Shown piece by piece: positions 10,801-19,669 of a DNA stretch of 64,000 nt; the first letter of the stretch is position 1, and each line of letters begins with the position of its first letter. A model generated the notes under the pieces. That model searched no databases, was not told the DNA's origin, and saw only the letters and a list, made by a program, of their open reading frames with translations. Both the position numbers and the translations under genes were made by a program. This stretch comes from a virus. The stretch lies in IMG/VR virus record IMGVR_UViG_3300028394_000040; one strand, 5' to 3'.

Positions 10801-11341
10801 TCGGACCAATATCTTCGCCAAAAATTATACTACCAGTACTAGTTTGGCGTAATATACTTTGACCTAAAACAGACCCCGATTTAAAGGGAAAGTACGTGTC
10901 TGATATATTTGATGGATTAATAGTACCATTTACGTCTAAAGATCCAGTTATGCCTACTGAGCCTGTAAACTGATGTGTGTTGGTTAATAATGAACCAAAT
11001 TTAGTACTACCTGTTACAAAGTCTACTGAAGATGTAATGGTCTGTACTACTATCGTTTGTGCAGTTAATGTACCTCTTACTGTAAAATTATCTGCTGTAG
11101 ATGCTGTTGCTGCTAAAGAAGCAGATAATGCGTTAGTAACGTAAGATGCAGTTAAGGAATTAGCTACGTAAGATGCTGTAGTTGAAAAAGAAGAAGATAC
11201 TGCGTTAAGAACAAAAGACGCTGTAGTAGCTGTTCCCAATAAAGAACCGGTAATACCTTGTGTTGCAGTGATTGAACCCGTTACCGTAAGCGGTCCTTGT
11301 ATTTCTAACGAACCCGTAACTACCCCAGAATCTATTATCAT
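7874..11341 (-). CDS. Long fibre protein with TASYVxNA repeats, four WxxxHxL domains and S74 chaperone
   Basis: Two copies of the TAQT..QTITSS module, WTFNHLL/WSFDHAL/WSVNHNL/WVINHGL domains, TSDLRLKTN...GLVAQEV. Confidence 0.85.
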   Translation of the reverse strand: MIIDSGVVTGSLEIQGPLTVTGSITATQGITGSLLGTATTASFVLNAVSSSFSTTASYVANSLTASYVTNALSASLAATASTADNFTVRGTLTAQTIVVQTITSSVDFVTGSTKFGSLLTNTHQFTGSVGITGSLDVNGTINPSNISDTYFPFKSGSVLGQSILRQTSTGSIIFGEDIGPTSPDIRRLTINSKNYSELALFVSGSSPGFYMQSRPGGGFAFTNAANNGQVFNLGSDATGGAFQIANGTNVAFTGNVAINYPNIYTIPSKFYVSGSTRLDGTLKVGTLLTDTHQFTGSLGVTGSSIFSGSVTSTLGFTGSLLGTATTASYVANAQTASYVVNSLSASLAATASTADNFTVRGTLTAQTLVVQTITSSIVFSSGSNRLGSQLTDTQAITGSTGITGSLQLNGFNVITANQTSSMSVATASFALTASYVVNALTASYVVNAISASQAANAYTASFVALAQSASYVDTARTASYVVNALTASYVVNALTASYVTNAISASQAANSYTASYVVNALTASFVANAVSSSYALTASFALNGGGGGGVGFPFSGSAVITGSLNVSGSGITGSFFGDGSGITGIVAGGKLFTQSSPSATWTFNHLLNYRYPNVTVYNASNEVIVPQSITATDVNTLTLTFGSAVAGYAIANIGSPTTVTGRTARQYFSTANTWSFDHALGDRYVMVQAFDDNFEMVIPTSIILATTASATILFDSASSGYALATIGGDLPTISASYAGYVLTVGSASPYSASWAPITSVPTASYVLNAQSASFAVTASYVANAQTASYVVNALTASYVQNAISASQAANSYTASYVLNAQTASYAFTASYISGSGAGSGFPFSGSGVITGSLLVSGTFIVSGTVDFANANIDNSRYLHSQTSAANTWSVNHNLEYNYPNVTIYDSTGYVIQPDEIISVDNNTTSVRFTVAQAGYANVSVGGISTGQADRFLFTQTSATGSWVINHGLNYKYVNVDIYDNNDQLMIPQVVTATDVNTLTVTFVTPTSGNAIISKGGARTTSLFVDRSNGYYSFSGSMNVTGSGIFSGDVDANNFNTTSDLRLKTNLEIVEGALDKIELLNGYTFDWITEYSGDKTKQIGLVAQEVYAVQPELISYREFNQEEIMVLDYSKVTALLVNAVKELSAKVKDLESKINN

Positions 11342-11413
11342 TGTGTATCTTCTTTACTATAAATATTTTGTACTCTACTAAGTATACTTTTTATTGCTAA
11401 GTATTACTATTCA

Positions 11414-12961
11414 TTAATATCCGTCTCTTAATTTAGTTGCTGTTACTGCTGCTGGACCTCTTGCTCCACCCCATCCAATATTAACTGTATATCCTGAAAG
11501 AGTTATTCCTCCATTATTATTATTTGGACCTGGGTTATTATAAATTGCAGATATTGCATCTGAGCCTCCACCATAACCACTAAGATGCATATAATACCAC
11601 ATAACACTATACGTTTCATTTATACCACCCCCACCTCTCATCATATATGCATTTATTAAATATATTCCAGGGTCTAATGCAGCTAAATTATATGATATAG
11701 TAGCACCAGCATAAGGTGTAGATGCACAAATTATTCCAAATTCTCCTTCAAATATAGAAGCATACATACCTCCAGTTGCTCTAACACCTCCATTTACATA
11801 AACTTTTTCTCCTTGGTCTGTTGTAGTTCCTACAAGTAAATTCCCCCCACTTGTAATTCGCATACGTTCTCCAACAGAACTTCTTACAAACGTTAAATCT
11901 GTACTACTTCCACCATTAATCTCCCATCTATCTTCAGATGTTAAATTACTGCTAAAAAATAATCCTGTAGTTAAAGCTACTCTTCCTGTTACGTTTAATG
12001 TTCCTACAGTTCCATTAGTATTCCCAATCCCTACGTTGCCAGCAGAAGTAATTCGCATACGTTCAGTACCGTTTATAAGAGTTACTAAAGGATACGCACC
12101 TGATGAGTATATAAATCTACCATAAGCAGTTCCTGTAAAGTTAGCTCCTGCAGAATCATCAATACCAACATACATTGTGCCAGACGTATTAGTATACTGT
12201 GAGGTAACAAAATTTGTTGTTCCGCCGATATTAATACGAGCATTAGAAGTACCGGTAGAGTATGCATCAATCACATAGAGTGGAGAACTCGTTCCTATTC
12301 CTACAATACCACTAGAACTAACGAATAGACCATTAGGGTTTACCCTCAGGCTACCGCTAATAATATGATTATCAGTCAATGCGTTCCCTATGTTTACTCC
12401 GCCTGCGGTAACTTGGAACTCTGTTCCGTTAGTAAATACTGCTAAAGAGCCTGTTATCCCAACGCTACCAGTTAACTCTTGAGTATTGCTTAAAGAACTA
12501 CCGATCTTATTACTCCCCGTCGTAAACAAGACAGAAGACGTTACCGTCTGTACTATTAAGGTTTGTGCCGTAATAGAACCTAATGCTGTTACGTTATTAC
12601 GTACATACAAAGTATCTGCCGATGAGGCAGTCAAAGCATTAGAAGAAGATAAAGCATTTAGTCCGTAAGATGCTGTTGTAGCAGCTAAGGCATAACTAGA
12701 AGACGTACTGGCCAAGGCATAACTAGAAGACGTACTAGCCAAGGCATAACTTGCCGATGTACTGGCCAAAGCATAACTAGAAGACGTACTGGCCAAGGCA
12801 TAACTAGAAGACGTAGCCGTAGCAGAATAACTAGAAGAAACAGCTGTAGTTGCAAAACTAGCTGTACCTGTTAATCCTCCTACCACATTTATTGAGCCAG
12901 ATAAGATAGTGTTTCCTGTTACTGTTAAAGAACCAGATACGGTAGGTGAGTTTAATATCAT
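11414..12961 (-). CDS. Tail fibre / receptor-binding protein without S74 domain
   Basis: Shared N-module, SSSYALAST repeats, ERMRITS.GN repeats, unique C-terminal domain. Confidence 0.8.
   Translation of the reverse strand: MILNSPTVSGSLTVTGNTILSGSINVVGGLTGTASFATTAVSSSYSATATSSSYALASTSSSYALASTSASYALASTSSSYALASTSSSYALAATTASYGLNALSSSNALTASSADTLYVRNNVTALGSITAQTLIVQTVTSSVLFTTGSNKIGSSLSNTQELTGSVGITGSLAVFTNGTEFQVTAGGVNIGNALTDNHIISGSLRVNPNGLFVSSSGIVGIGTSSPLYVIDAYSTGTSNARINIGGTTNFVTSQYTNTSGTMYVGIDDSAGANFTGTAYGRFIYSSGAYPLVTLINGTERMRITSAGNVGIGNTNGTVGTLNVTGRVALTTGLFFSSNLTSEDRWEINGGSSTDLTFVRSSVGERMRITSGGNLLVGTTTDQGEKVYVNGGVRATGGMYASIFEGEFGIICASTPYAGATISYNLAALDPGIYLINAYMMRGGGGINETYSVMWYYMHLSGYGGGSDAISAIYNNPGPNNNNGGITLSGYTVNIGWGGARGPAAVTATKLRDGY
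12686..12830 (-). repeat. 27-bp coding tandem repeat (SSSYALAST)
   Basis: gcataactagaagacgtactggccaag repeated about 5 times with few substitutions. Confidence 0.85.
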
Positions 12962-14451
12962 TGTAATTTAGCTTTTAATTCGTCTATTTGTGCTTGTTGT
13001 TCTTGGATTGCTTTTACTAAAAAAGGAACTAAATGTCCTGTATCTATAGACTTAAAATCCTCTATAAGACTATCACCTAATGAATATTCTTTGTTATAAA
13101 CATATTTAGGAAATACTGTTTCAAATTCTTGAGCAATAAATCCAATGTTATTTAATTTTATACTATCGTCCCAATTATTTTTTTCTGCAAATTCTTGTTT
13201 ATAATTAAAAGAGACTGGATTTAAGGATGTTATCACATCTAAAGCGTTTGAAATAGTATTAATATTTTCTTTTACTCTAATATCTGATGTTTGCTGCCAA
13301 GTAGTAGTATTATTATAATTAAACACACTACCAGCATTATTCATAGATATAGCTTGTCTGCCACCAGCTGTGTATAAATTAAAATTATCACTATACGCTC
13401 TTATCCAATGACTACCCCAAGTTCCTTCCATTCTTAATTCTGGACCTAATCCTCCACCGTATATATGGAGTTTTTCTCCCGGTGAACTTAATCCTATCCC
13501 TACGTTGCCACCATTAGCAATATAAAAAGCATTCCCTACAGAATAAGTATTGAATGCGTAATCCAATGAAGTAGAAGTTCCATAAGCAAATATAGTTCCA
13601 TCACCGCCTGCATTATTTTGGAATCTAATTATTGCTCCAGAAGATTGGGATTTTAAATTTAATGTAGCAACCCCAACAGTAGTGTTAATTCTTACAGAGC
13701 CACCACTTGTAATTGACATTTTCTCTGAATCATTCGTATAGAAATATATAGCACCATTAGCTACATTGTTTAAATAAGCATCACCACCATCTTGTTGTAT
13801 ATTTAATGGATTATATCCAGTTCTACCAATTTTAATACCTCCACCAGCTGCTCCTCTTATTTCTAATGTTTTATATGTAGAAATTGGGCTAATAGAAGTT
13901 ACTCCGATTCCAACATTACCACTTGAACTAACAAACAACCCGTTAGGGTTAATCGTAAAACTACCACTAACGACATGATTGTCAGTCAATGCATTTCCTA
14001 TATTTACTCCGCCGGCGCTTACTTGGAACTCTGTTCCATTAGTATTGACAGATAAAGAACCTGTTATCCCTACACTCCCGGTAAGCTCTTGTACGTTACT
14101 TAAGGAACTACCTAACCTGTTACTGCCGGTAGTAAACAAGACAGAAGACGTTACCGTCTGTACTACAAGGGTTTGCGCAGTAAGCGTTCCTTGTATTACT
14201 TGTGCACCGGTAAAAGTATTAGAACCTGTTGTAGCATATACCCTTTCTATATTAGTTGTTCTAGTAGAGAAAGAACCACTAGCTGCTTCTAACGTAGTTG
14301 TTCTCAATGCAACAGAAGAAGAATAATTCGATACATCACCTGCTATACCTGCTATAGAACCGGAAAATGAGCCAGTAAATGAACCAGATAAATTTGTGGT
14401 CCCTTGTGAAACTGTTGTCGTTCCTTTTAGTGTTGCTGAAAATATTTTCAT
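12958..14451 (-). CDS. Tail fibre with S74 chaperone
   Basis: TSDIRVKEN...GFIAQEFETVFP...LVKAIQEQQAQIDELK. Confidence 0.85.
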   Translation of the reverse strand: MKIFSATLKGTTTVSQGTTNLSGSFTGSFSGSIAGIAGDVSNYSSSVALRTTTLEAASGSFSTRTTNIERVYATTGSNTFTGAQVIQGTLTAQTLVVQTVTSSVLFTTGSNRLGSSLSNVQELTGSVGITGSLSVNTNGTEFQVSAGGVNIGNALTDNHVVSGSFTINPNGLFVSSSGNVGIGVTSISPISTYKTLEIRGAAGGGIKIGRTGYNPLNIQQDGGDAYLNNVANGAIYFYTNDSEKMSITSGGSVRINTTVGVATLNLKSQSSGAIIRFQNNAGGDGTIFAYGTSTSLDYAFNTYSVGNAFYIANGGNVGIGLSSPGEKLHIYGGGLGPELRMEGTWGSHWIRAYSDNFNLYTAGGRQAISMNNAGSVFNYNNTTTWQQTSDIRVKENINTISNALDVITSLNPVSFNYKQEFAEKNNWDDSIKLNNIGFIAQEFETVFPKYVYNKEYSLGDSLIEDFKSIDTGHLVPFLVKAIQEQQAQIDELKAKLQ

Positions 14452-16550
14452 TATTGTATGTTATTGCGTTGTAATATTTCTTCTAATGCTGTGTTTTTAG
14501 CGGAAAGTTCTTTTATTGCTTCAATTAGTACAGGTACTATATCTGAGTAAGCTATAGTTTTAGTTCCGAATTCATCATCGCCTGTTGTTACTACTTGAGG
14601 CAATATTTCTTCTACATCTTGAGCAATAAGTCCTAAATGATTATTGTCATCTAAATTTAGATCTGGTCTTAAAGTTTTATCCCAATTAAAGGTTATCCCA
14701 TTTAATTGCTTTATTTTATCTAATCCATTTATAACAGGTGTAACATCTTTTTTAAGTCTACCGTCCGAAACGTTGTTCCAGTTAGATAAACCTGCTGCTG
14801 TACCATTAGCAAATAATCTATACCCTAAATTTGTTGATGTACCTATTAAAAAATTACCGCCACCATTTAAAGCTATAATATGGTTAGTAGAATATTCCTG
14901 TAGATACAAAATACCATTACCTGTTCTGTAAATTTGGTTTTCAGTAAAACCTATACATGAACCAGCATTTGAATTTTTACCTATTGTTGTAGGATTATTT
15001 AAATCAACACCGCCGCCGTTTATAGTCATTGCAACAGTTTGTACTTCAGCAGATAGATTAGCAAAGTTACCAGAGTCACCACCTGCTTTAGTATACGTTG
15101 ATGTACCTAATGCTAATCCACCTCCGTAAACTGCTCTAATCCATCCAGAAGTTGCAGTTGAAATAGCCGAAGATGTAATTGCTTCAAAAGTTGCAGTATT
15201 ACTATTATTTTGTAATGTACCAACTCTTATTCTTTGGCTACCTCCTGCTGTAGAAACTTCAAGTAAGTATGATGGAGTAGTTGATGCTCCAATCCCTATG
15301 TTACTTTGGTAAAGTACCATTGCAGTGGTTAGTACACTACTTTGTAGAGTTTTTAAATACAAAACACCGCCTGTTCCTGCATATTTTCCTCCTTGTATTT
15401 GAGCTTTAATTGTACCTATATCTGCCCTGAAATTTAGGAAAGTATCACCCCCACCATTATCTCCTGATATGTTTAAAGTAGCATTTGCAGTTGGGGAACC
15501 TATTGTAACATCATTACTAAACGTGGCGGCACCTGAAGAGGAAATGGAAAGTCTTGTAGTTGCATTTGTTTGCAAATTTAATGGTATAGCAGCTTGGGTT
15601 GCTAATACAACCGCAGAAGAATTTGCATAGATATATCCATAATCAACATTACTCCCTTTTAAATAAATTTCACTACCTGTAGTTCCGTTTATATTTAATG
15701 CAGTATAATTTGGGGAAGCACTTAATGTAGTAGTCCCAATACCAACATTACCGCTAGAACTGACAAACAAGCCATTCGCATTCACTCTTAAACTACCGCT
15801 TATTACATGATTATCGGTTAAAGCATTTCCTATATTTACTCCACCGGCACTAACTTGAAATTCAGTACCGTTAGTGTTTACAGACAAGCTACCGGTTATA
15901 CCAACGCTACCAGTTAATTCTTGAACGTTAGATAAAGAAGAACCGATCTTATTGCTGCCGGTAGAAAATAAAACGCTAGAAGTAACTGTTTGTACGATTA
16001 ACGTCTGTGCAGTTATATTACCGGAATACAAAGCATTAGAAGCTGTTATGTTTCCTGTTAAAGCTATTGAGCCGGTAATTATTTGATCGCTTTTAAACGA
16101 GTTAGATCCTGTAGTGGCATAGCTACCGGTTTGTACCGTAAGGCTAGTTACTCTAGTTGAGAAAGATGCACTAGCAGCTTCTAACGTAGTAGTTCTAGTA
16201 GAAAAGCTAGAAGAAGCTGAAATCAAGGTACTTCCTGTTGCTTCAATATTAGTAGTTCTAGTTGAAAAGCTAGAAGAAGCTGCAGTCAAGGTACTTCCTG
16301 TTGCTTCAATATTAGTAGTTCTAGTTGAAAAGCTAGAAGAAGCTGCAGTCAAGGTACTCCCGGTAGCTTCGTTATTAGTTACCCTAGTAGAAAAGCTAGA
16401 AGAAGCTGCAGTCAAGGTACTCCCGGTAGCTTCGTTATTAGTTATTCTAGAAGAAAAAGATGCAGAATAAGCGGCAGAGCCGGTTATGTTCGAAACATCA
16501 GATCCGTTTAGCGATATTGAGCCGGTAAGTACAGCGTTATGTATTAACAT
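14451..16550 (-). CDS. Tail fibre with N-terminal 21-aa repeats and S74 chaperone
   Basis: EATGSTLTAASSSFSTRxTN repeats; SDGRLKKD...GLIAQDVEEILP. Confidence 0.85.
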   Translation of the reverse strand: MLIHNAVLTGSISLNGSDVSNITGSAAYSASFSSRITNNEATGSTLTAASSSFSTRVTNNEATGSTLTAASSSFSTRTTNIEATGSTLTAASSSFSTRTTNIEATGSTLISASSSFSTRTTTLEAASASFSTRVTSLTVQTGSYATTGSNSFKSDQIITGSIALTGNITASNALYSGNITAQTLIVQTVTSSVLFSTGSNKIGSSLSNVQELTGSVGITGSLSVNTNGTEFQVSAGGVNIGNALTDNHVISGSLRVNANGLFVSSSGNVGIGTTTLSASPNYTALNINGTTGSEIYLKGSNVDYGYIYANSSAVVLATQAAIPLNLQTNATTRLSISSSGAATFSNDVTIGSPTANATLNISGDNGGGDTFLNFRADIGTIKAQIQGGKYAGTGGVLYLKTLQSSVLTTAMVLYQSNIGIGASTTPSYLLEVSTAGGSQRIRVGTLQNNSNTATFEAITSSAISTATSGWIRAVYGGGLALGTSTYTKAGGDSGNFANLSAEVQTVAMTINGGGVDLNNPTTIGKNSNAGSCIGFTENQIYRTGNGILYLQEYSTNHIIALNGGGNFLIGTSTNLGYRLFANGTAAGLSNWNNVSDGRLKKDVTPVINGLDKIKQLNGITFNWDKTLRPDLNLDDNNHLGLIAQDVEEILPQVVTTGDDEFGTKTIAYSDIVPVLIEAIKELSAKNTALEEILQRNNIQ
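16145..16450 (-). repeat. 63-bp coding tandem repeat (about 4.5 copies)
   Basis: gaaaagctagaagaagctgcagtcaaggtact... recurs with period 63. Confidence 0.85.
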
Positions 16551-18203
16551 TTATTGTATATTGTTACGTTGTAGTATTTCTTTTAATGTATCGTTTTCCG
16601 ATTTGAGTTCTTTTATTGCTTCAATTAAAACTGGGACTATATCAGAATAAGTGATGGTTTTAGTTTGTATTTCATCTTCACTTGTTGTTACAACTTGTGG
16701 TAATATTTCTTCCACATCTTGAGCAATTAATCCTAAATGATTTTTGTCGTCTACATTCAAATCAGGTCTTAAAGTTTTATCCCAATTAAAAGATATTCCA
16801 TTTAATTGTTTTATTTTATGTAATGCATTTTCAATAGGAATAATATCTTTTTTAAGTCTCCTGTCTGATACGTTTGCAAAACCAGATGTACCAGCAGCGC
16901 TACCATTTACATAGAGTAAATACCCCCCATCAGCAGTTTGACCTATAACAAGTCTTCCGTTACCAATAAGTCTCATTCTTTCAGTTCCAGCAGTTCTAAA
17001 TGTAATAACTGAACCTATTCCAATAACGTTACCTGCACTTATAGTTACGTGTCCTGGGTCTGCACTTCTTTCATTACCTGATAAATATATATGTCCCCCT
17101 CTTGTTGGACCATCACCACTTGCACCACATAAAGCTAAATAACCGTCATCAGTACCATCAGCAGTATTAATACCAATTGCTGCATCTTTTGCCATTAATA
17201 AACTTCCCCCACTTGTAATTCGCATACGTTCAGTAGCAGTTGTTGGAGAAGAAGATGTACTTTGTGCTTGAGCTCTAAATATTATATTACCTGCAAACGC
17301 AGACTCAATACTTAAACTATTTGAATCATTAAATAATCCCCATATATAGTAATTATTTGTATATGAATATACGTTTTCGCCAGTTGGATTTATTTGTAAT
17401 CTACTAGTATTGTATACACCCAAATATTTAGTTCCATCAGAACCAATTCGCATACGTTCAGTGCCGTCGCTACTTGGATACCTATTATTCCAAAAAGCAA
17501 AAGCATCTGTATTAGCTGGTTGACCTATTACCCAGTCTGCAACTGAATCTTGTACAAAATGAACTTGAGCTCCAGTCTGTGTTGCATTTTTTATTGTACC
17601 TATTATTCCACGAGTTGGACTAGTTGCTTCAATATGAAGTTTAGTACTTGGCGTAGTAGTCCCAATACCAACATTACCGCTAGAACTAACGAATAGACCA
17701 TTAGGGTTTACCCTCAGGCTACCGCTTATTACATGGTTGTCGGTCAATGCGTTTCCTATGTTTACTCCACCTGCATTTACTTGGAACTCTGTTCCATTAG
17801 TATTAACAGATAAAGAACCGGTTATACCTACACTACCTGTTAACTGCTGTACGTTAGAAAGAGAAGAACCGATAATATTACTGCCTGTCGTAAATAGAAC
17901 GCTAGAAGTAATAGTCTGTACTATTAGCGTCTGTGCAGTTATAGACCCCAATGCCGTAACGTTATTTCTAACGTATAAAGTATCTGCCGAAGAGGCAGTC
18001 ATAGCATTTGAACCTGTTAAGGCATTAACGGCATAACTAGAAGATACGGCATTTAATACGAAAGAAGAAGTTAAAGCAAAAGAAGAACTTAAAACAGAAA
18101 TAGAAGCTGTTTGATTAGTAAGCAATACGTTTACCCCGTTCAAGGATATGCTAGAACCTGTTACTACAAGCGAACCTGATATTGATGGATTATATAGTAT
18201 CAT
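16551..18203 (-). CDS. Tail fibre with S74 chaperone
   Basis: SDRRLKKD...; C-terminus nearly identical to that of 14451..16550 (FNWDKTLRPDLN...EILQRNNIQ). Confidence 0.85.
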   Translation of the reverse strand: MILYNPSISGSLVVTGSSISLNGVNVLLTNQTASISVLSSSFALTSSFVLNAVSSSYAVNALTGSNAMTASSADTLYVRNNVTALGSITAQTLIVQTITSSVLFTTGSNIIGSSLSNVQQLTGSVGITGSLSVNTNGTEFQVNAGGVNIGNALTDNHVISGSLRVNPNGLFVSSSGNVGIGTTTPSTKLHIEATSPTRGIIGTIKNATQTGAQVHFVQDSVADWVIGQPANTDAFAFWNNRYPSSDGTERMRIGSDGTKYLGVYNTSRLQINPTGENVYSYTNNYYIWGLFNDSNSLSIESAFAGNIIFRAQAQSTSSSPTTATERMRITSGGSLLMAKDAAIGINTADGTDDGYLALCGASGDGPTRGGHIYLSGNERSADPGHVTISAGNVIGIGSVITFRTAGTERMRLIGNGRLVIGQTADGGYLLYVNGSAAGTSGFANVSDRRLKKDIIPIENALHKIKQLNGISFNWDKTLRPDLNVDDKNHLGLIAQDVEEILPQVVTTSEDEIQTKTITYSDIVPVLIEAIKELKSENDTLKEILQRNNIQ

Positions 18204-18258
18204 CTGTTAATCTTTTTTTTATTGTACTATTGTGCGTTTTCTAATGCGTTTGTTTTAC

Positions 18259-19668
18259 TTATGCTCGTCCTGGTTGAAATAATATAGTCCATTCAAATGC
18301 ATATGTTCCATATCCATCATTTCGTACTCGTATTGCTGCTCCTGACTGGCTTAAATCTATGTTTGCTCCGTCAAATAAAGTAGTAAGTTTATAATAATCC
18401 CCGCTGTATGATTGAGCAAAAAATATTCCAGAAGCACAGAAATTAGCATTAGCTCCAACATAAGCAGCTTGTACTGTATATAATCCCATAGTATCCATGG
18501 TGTATATAGTACCTGTTGCTCCAGAAGCTAAAGTAATCGTACCACTAAAACTTTTAAAATTAGAAGCATTTACTGTTGAAAAATTACCTGTACCTCCTGT
18601 AATAGTACTATTTGAATAAATACTACCATTTACATTAAGTTTATTTCCATTGTCAGTTGTAGTCCCAATCAATACATTGCCCCCACTTGTAAGAGTGAAT
18701 GGTTGATTTCCAGCAGTTTCGTTATATATGAAAAGTGATGTTGTTCCTAATCCTAATTTATATTTTTGAGCAGTACCGCTAGTTTTTTCAAATGTTATCG
18801 TACCACCTTCAGTACCATTACTTGTCATATGCATCTGACCAGTACCACCACCATTATAAGTCGAAGATAAATGAAGTAGTGTTGTTGGCGAACTCGTTCC
18901 AATCCCTACGTTGCCACCTGATGCTATGGTCATGACTACTGTGTTATTGGTGGCAAACTGCAATGGGTCGGTAGCTTCTGAGCCAACCACGCTTGCGTAG
19001 GCAGAAGCACCAGTAAAGATTTGTCCACCAGCCGAACCCTCACGACCTGCGATAAACCCATGCGCACTACCAACAAGTCTAATGTAGGCATTATTTGTTG
19101 TTATGCTGCTATTAAGAAACGATACTCCACCATTACTATCTGAAGCATATACCACTCCTCCAGTTAAATCACCACTAAACGTAGCACTTGTCCCACTCAA
19201 TGCTCTACTAACTAATGTAACCGTAGTTCCATCATCCGTAATTGCACTATTCCCTATCGTACCACTTGCTGTGAACTTAGGCACATAGTTAGCAGTACCG
19301 CTGCCTACTACAGCAGTAGTTCCGTTTATAGCTAAACTACCCGTTATTCCTACGCTTCCGGTTAACTGCTGTACATTACTTAAAGAAGAGCCAATGATAT
19401 TACTGCCGGTAGTAAATAAGACAGAAGACGTTACTGTCTGTACTATTAAGGTCTGTGCGGTAATAGAACCTAACGCTGTTACGTTATTTCTTACGTATAA
19501 TGTATCTGCACTAGATGCAGTCATTGCATTAGAAGACGTTAAGGCATTAAGGGAATAGCTACTTGTAGTAGCAAAGGATGCCGAAGCTATAGAACCGGAA
19601 ATAGTCACTCCGCCGGTAGCTTCTAAACTACCTGATAATATTAAAGAACCTGATAATACTATTGCCAT
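18259..19668 (-). CDS. Tail fibre / receptor-binding protein without S74 domain
   Basis: Shared N-module plus GSGTANYVPKFTASGTIGNS block, GNVGIGT repeats, unique C-terminus. Confidence 0.8.
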   Translation of the reverse strand: MAIVLSGSLILSGSLEATGGVTISGSIASASFATTSSYSLNALTSSNAMTASSADTLYVRNNVTALGSITAQTLIVQTVTSSVLFTTGSNIIGSSLSNVQQLTGSVGITGSLAINGTTAVVGSGTANYVPKFTASGTIGNSAITDDGTTVTLVSRALSGTSATFSGDLTGGVVYASDSNGGVSFLNSSITTNNAYIRLVGSAHGFIAGREGSAGGQIFTGASAYASVVGSEATDPLQFATNNTVVMTIASGGNVGIGTSSPTTLLHLSSTYNGGGTGQMHMTSNGTEGGTITFEKTSGTAQKYKLGLGTTSLFIYNETAGNQPFTLTSGGNVLIGTTTDNGNKLNVNGSIYSNSTITGGTGNFSTVNASNFKSFSGTITLASGATGTIYTMDTMGLYTVQAAYVGANANFCASGIFFAQSYSGDYYKLTTLFDGANIDLSQSGAAIRVRNDGYGTYAFEWTILFQPGRA

Positions 19669-19669
19669 G

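Noticed and set aside
11397-11414. Overlapping TAATG start after gene 11414 (MNSNT*)
   Set aside because: Only five codons; too short to call as a gene or a relic.
2350-19668. Invertase-driven shufflon
   Set aside because: All cassettes are full genes in the same orientation; no recombinase or inverted crossover sites seen.
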